From: an uncultured Gemmatimonadales bacterium
Lineage (GTDB): Bacteria; Gemmatimonadota; Gemmatimonadetes; Gemmatimonadales; Gemmatimonadaceae
Direction: 5' to 3'
NCBI GenBank assembly: GCA_963701965.1
Contig: OY969695.1
Span: 4,448,001 to 4,512,000 of the forward strand
DNA length: 64,000 bases
The notes beneath the pieces were generated by a model that was not told the origin of the DNA, made no database searches, and saw only the letters and a program-made list of their open reading frames with translations. Position numbers and translations under genes: made by a program. Below, piece by piece: positions 63,004-64,000 of this stretch (its first letter is position 1; each line of letters starts with the position of its first letter).

Positions 63004-63261
63004 ATGCCGTATCGCTCCATCACTATCAATGGCCACACGTGGCGCGTCAGCCCCGCCGGGTACGTGACGCAGTATGACCACGACGAGTTCAGCCTGCTGT
63101 TCACGCGCGAGTCGGGTGACGTGCGGGTTACGCGCTACTCGCCCCAGGGCGCCCGGTCCCGCGAGCAGTCGTTCGCCGAACTGACGGACGTCGATCTCGC
63201 CCGCTTGTTCGCCCAGTCCCAGCCGGGGTCTACGTCCCCGGAGGCGCATTACGCTGGTTGA
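63004..63261 (+). CDS. Hypothetical protein
   Basis: Tightly packed 85-aa ORF within the operon. Confidence 0.65.
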   Translation: MPYRSITINGHTWRVSPAGYVTQYDHDEFSLLFTRESGDVRVTRYSPQGARSREQSFAELTDVDLARLFAQSQPGSTSPEAHYAG

Positions 63262-64000
63262 CCTGCACGCCCACACGACCGCGTCGGACGGTTCGGCGAC
63301 CCCGGAAAGCCTCGCGGCGCAAGCCGCGGCCGCCGGTCTCTCCCAGGTTGCCGTCACCGATCACGACACGGTCGCCGGGGTCGACGCGGCGCGCGCCGCG
63401 GGCCTCTCGCGCGGGGTAGGGATCGTCGCGGGCGTCGAGCTCAGCGCCGTCGACGACCGGGGATCCGAGATCCACATGCTGGGCCTGCACTTGGCCGACG
63501 TGGCGCGTCTGGCGGAGCCGCTGGCGCGGTTCCAGGCCGATCGCATCTCGCGGGCGGCGGCGATCGTCGCGGCGCTCAATCGCGGCGGTGTGCCGGTGAC
63601 CGTGGACGCCGTCATGGCCGAAGCGGGGGCGGGGGCCGTCGGGCGGCCGCACGTTGCCCGCGCGCTCGTCGCCGGGGGTTGGGTACGGGACATTCGCGAG
63701 GCGTTCGATCGGTGGCTCGGCGCCGAGCGGCCGGCGTACGTCGAAAAGCCGCGCCTGGAGATCGTCGACGCCATTCGCCTCATCCACGGCGCCGGCGGCG
63801 TCGCCGTCTGGGCCCACCCGGGCCGCGACGGGACTCGGGCCCGCGTCGAAGCGTTCGTTGCTCTCGGTCTCGATGGCGTGGAAGTCAGCCATCCGGGGCA
63901 CTCGGGCGAAGACACCGCGCGGCTCAACACCCTCGCCGGCCATTTTGAGCTGCTCCGGAGCGGCGGTTCCGACTGGCACGGTGCGGCCGACGGGCCCCGC
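63254..64000 (+). CDS. PHP-domain phosphoesterase (TrpH/YciV-like), 3'-partial; no canonical start
   Basis: Own translation: 'VDLHAHTTASDG', 'VTDHDT', 'GVELS', 'IHMLG', 'GRPHVA', 'WAHP', 'GGSDWHG'; absent from the ORF track because it runs off the window. Confidence 0.9.
   Translation, partial: MVDLHAHTTASDGSATPESLAAQAAAAGLSQVAVTDHDTVAGVDAARAAGLSRGVGIVAGVELSAVDDRGSEIHMLGLHLADVARLAEPLARFQADRISRAAAIVAALNRGGVPVTVDAVMAEAGAGAVGRPHVARALVAGGWVRDIREAFDRWLGAERPAYVEKPRLEIVDAIRLIHGAGGVAVWAHPGRDGTRARVEAFVALGLDGVEVSHPGHSGEDTARLNTLAGHFELLRSGGSDWHGAADGPR

Overview
High-GC bacterial chromosomal window. Gene order and small conserved hypothetical proteins suggest Gemmatimonadota (inference, not tested). In order: (1) 1-7544, alternative complex III operon actA-F, then a convergent Zn-finger thioredoxin. 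(2) tRNA-Ala(TGC) at 8025-8097, the integration site of a decayed 5.3-kb island (46-bp att direct repeat, matching 12-bp arm-like repeats, integrase remnant, SusC/SusD cargo). (3) A 13.4-34 kb accessory stretch of hydrolases, groES-groEL, a CarH/LitR-like MerR-cobalamin regulator with an altered B12 motif, HxlR, DUF1624, penicillin acylase and a Phn/selenate-type ABC transporter. (4) A long + strand run: ADH, peroxiredoxin, a highly structured intergenic leader, two two-component pairs, tonB-exbB-exbD-exbD-tonB-like, amino acid permeases, H+-PPase, DAACS symporter. (5) A probable peptidoglycan-sugar salvage cluster (NamZ, two SSS symporters, sugar kinase, erpA). (6) pgsA-ino1, 2-oxoacid dehydrogenase E1a/E1b/E2 and a partial PHP gene. 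Eight single-base frameshifts look like long-read errors, and three of them share one motif. Best candidates for new biology: a CarH-like regulator whose operator-like repeats recur over the CIRCE-less groESL promoter, and a ~110-nt RBS-occluding RNA structure upstream of the two-component cluster. No CRISPR array or rRNA seen. All family assignments come from motif recognition; no searches were run.
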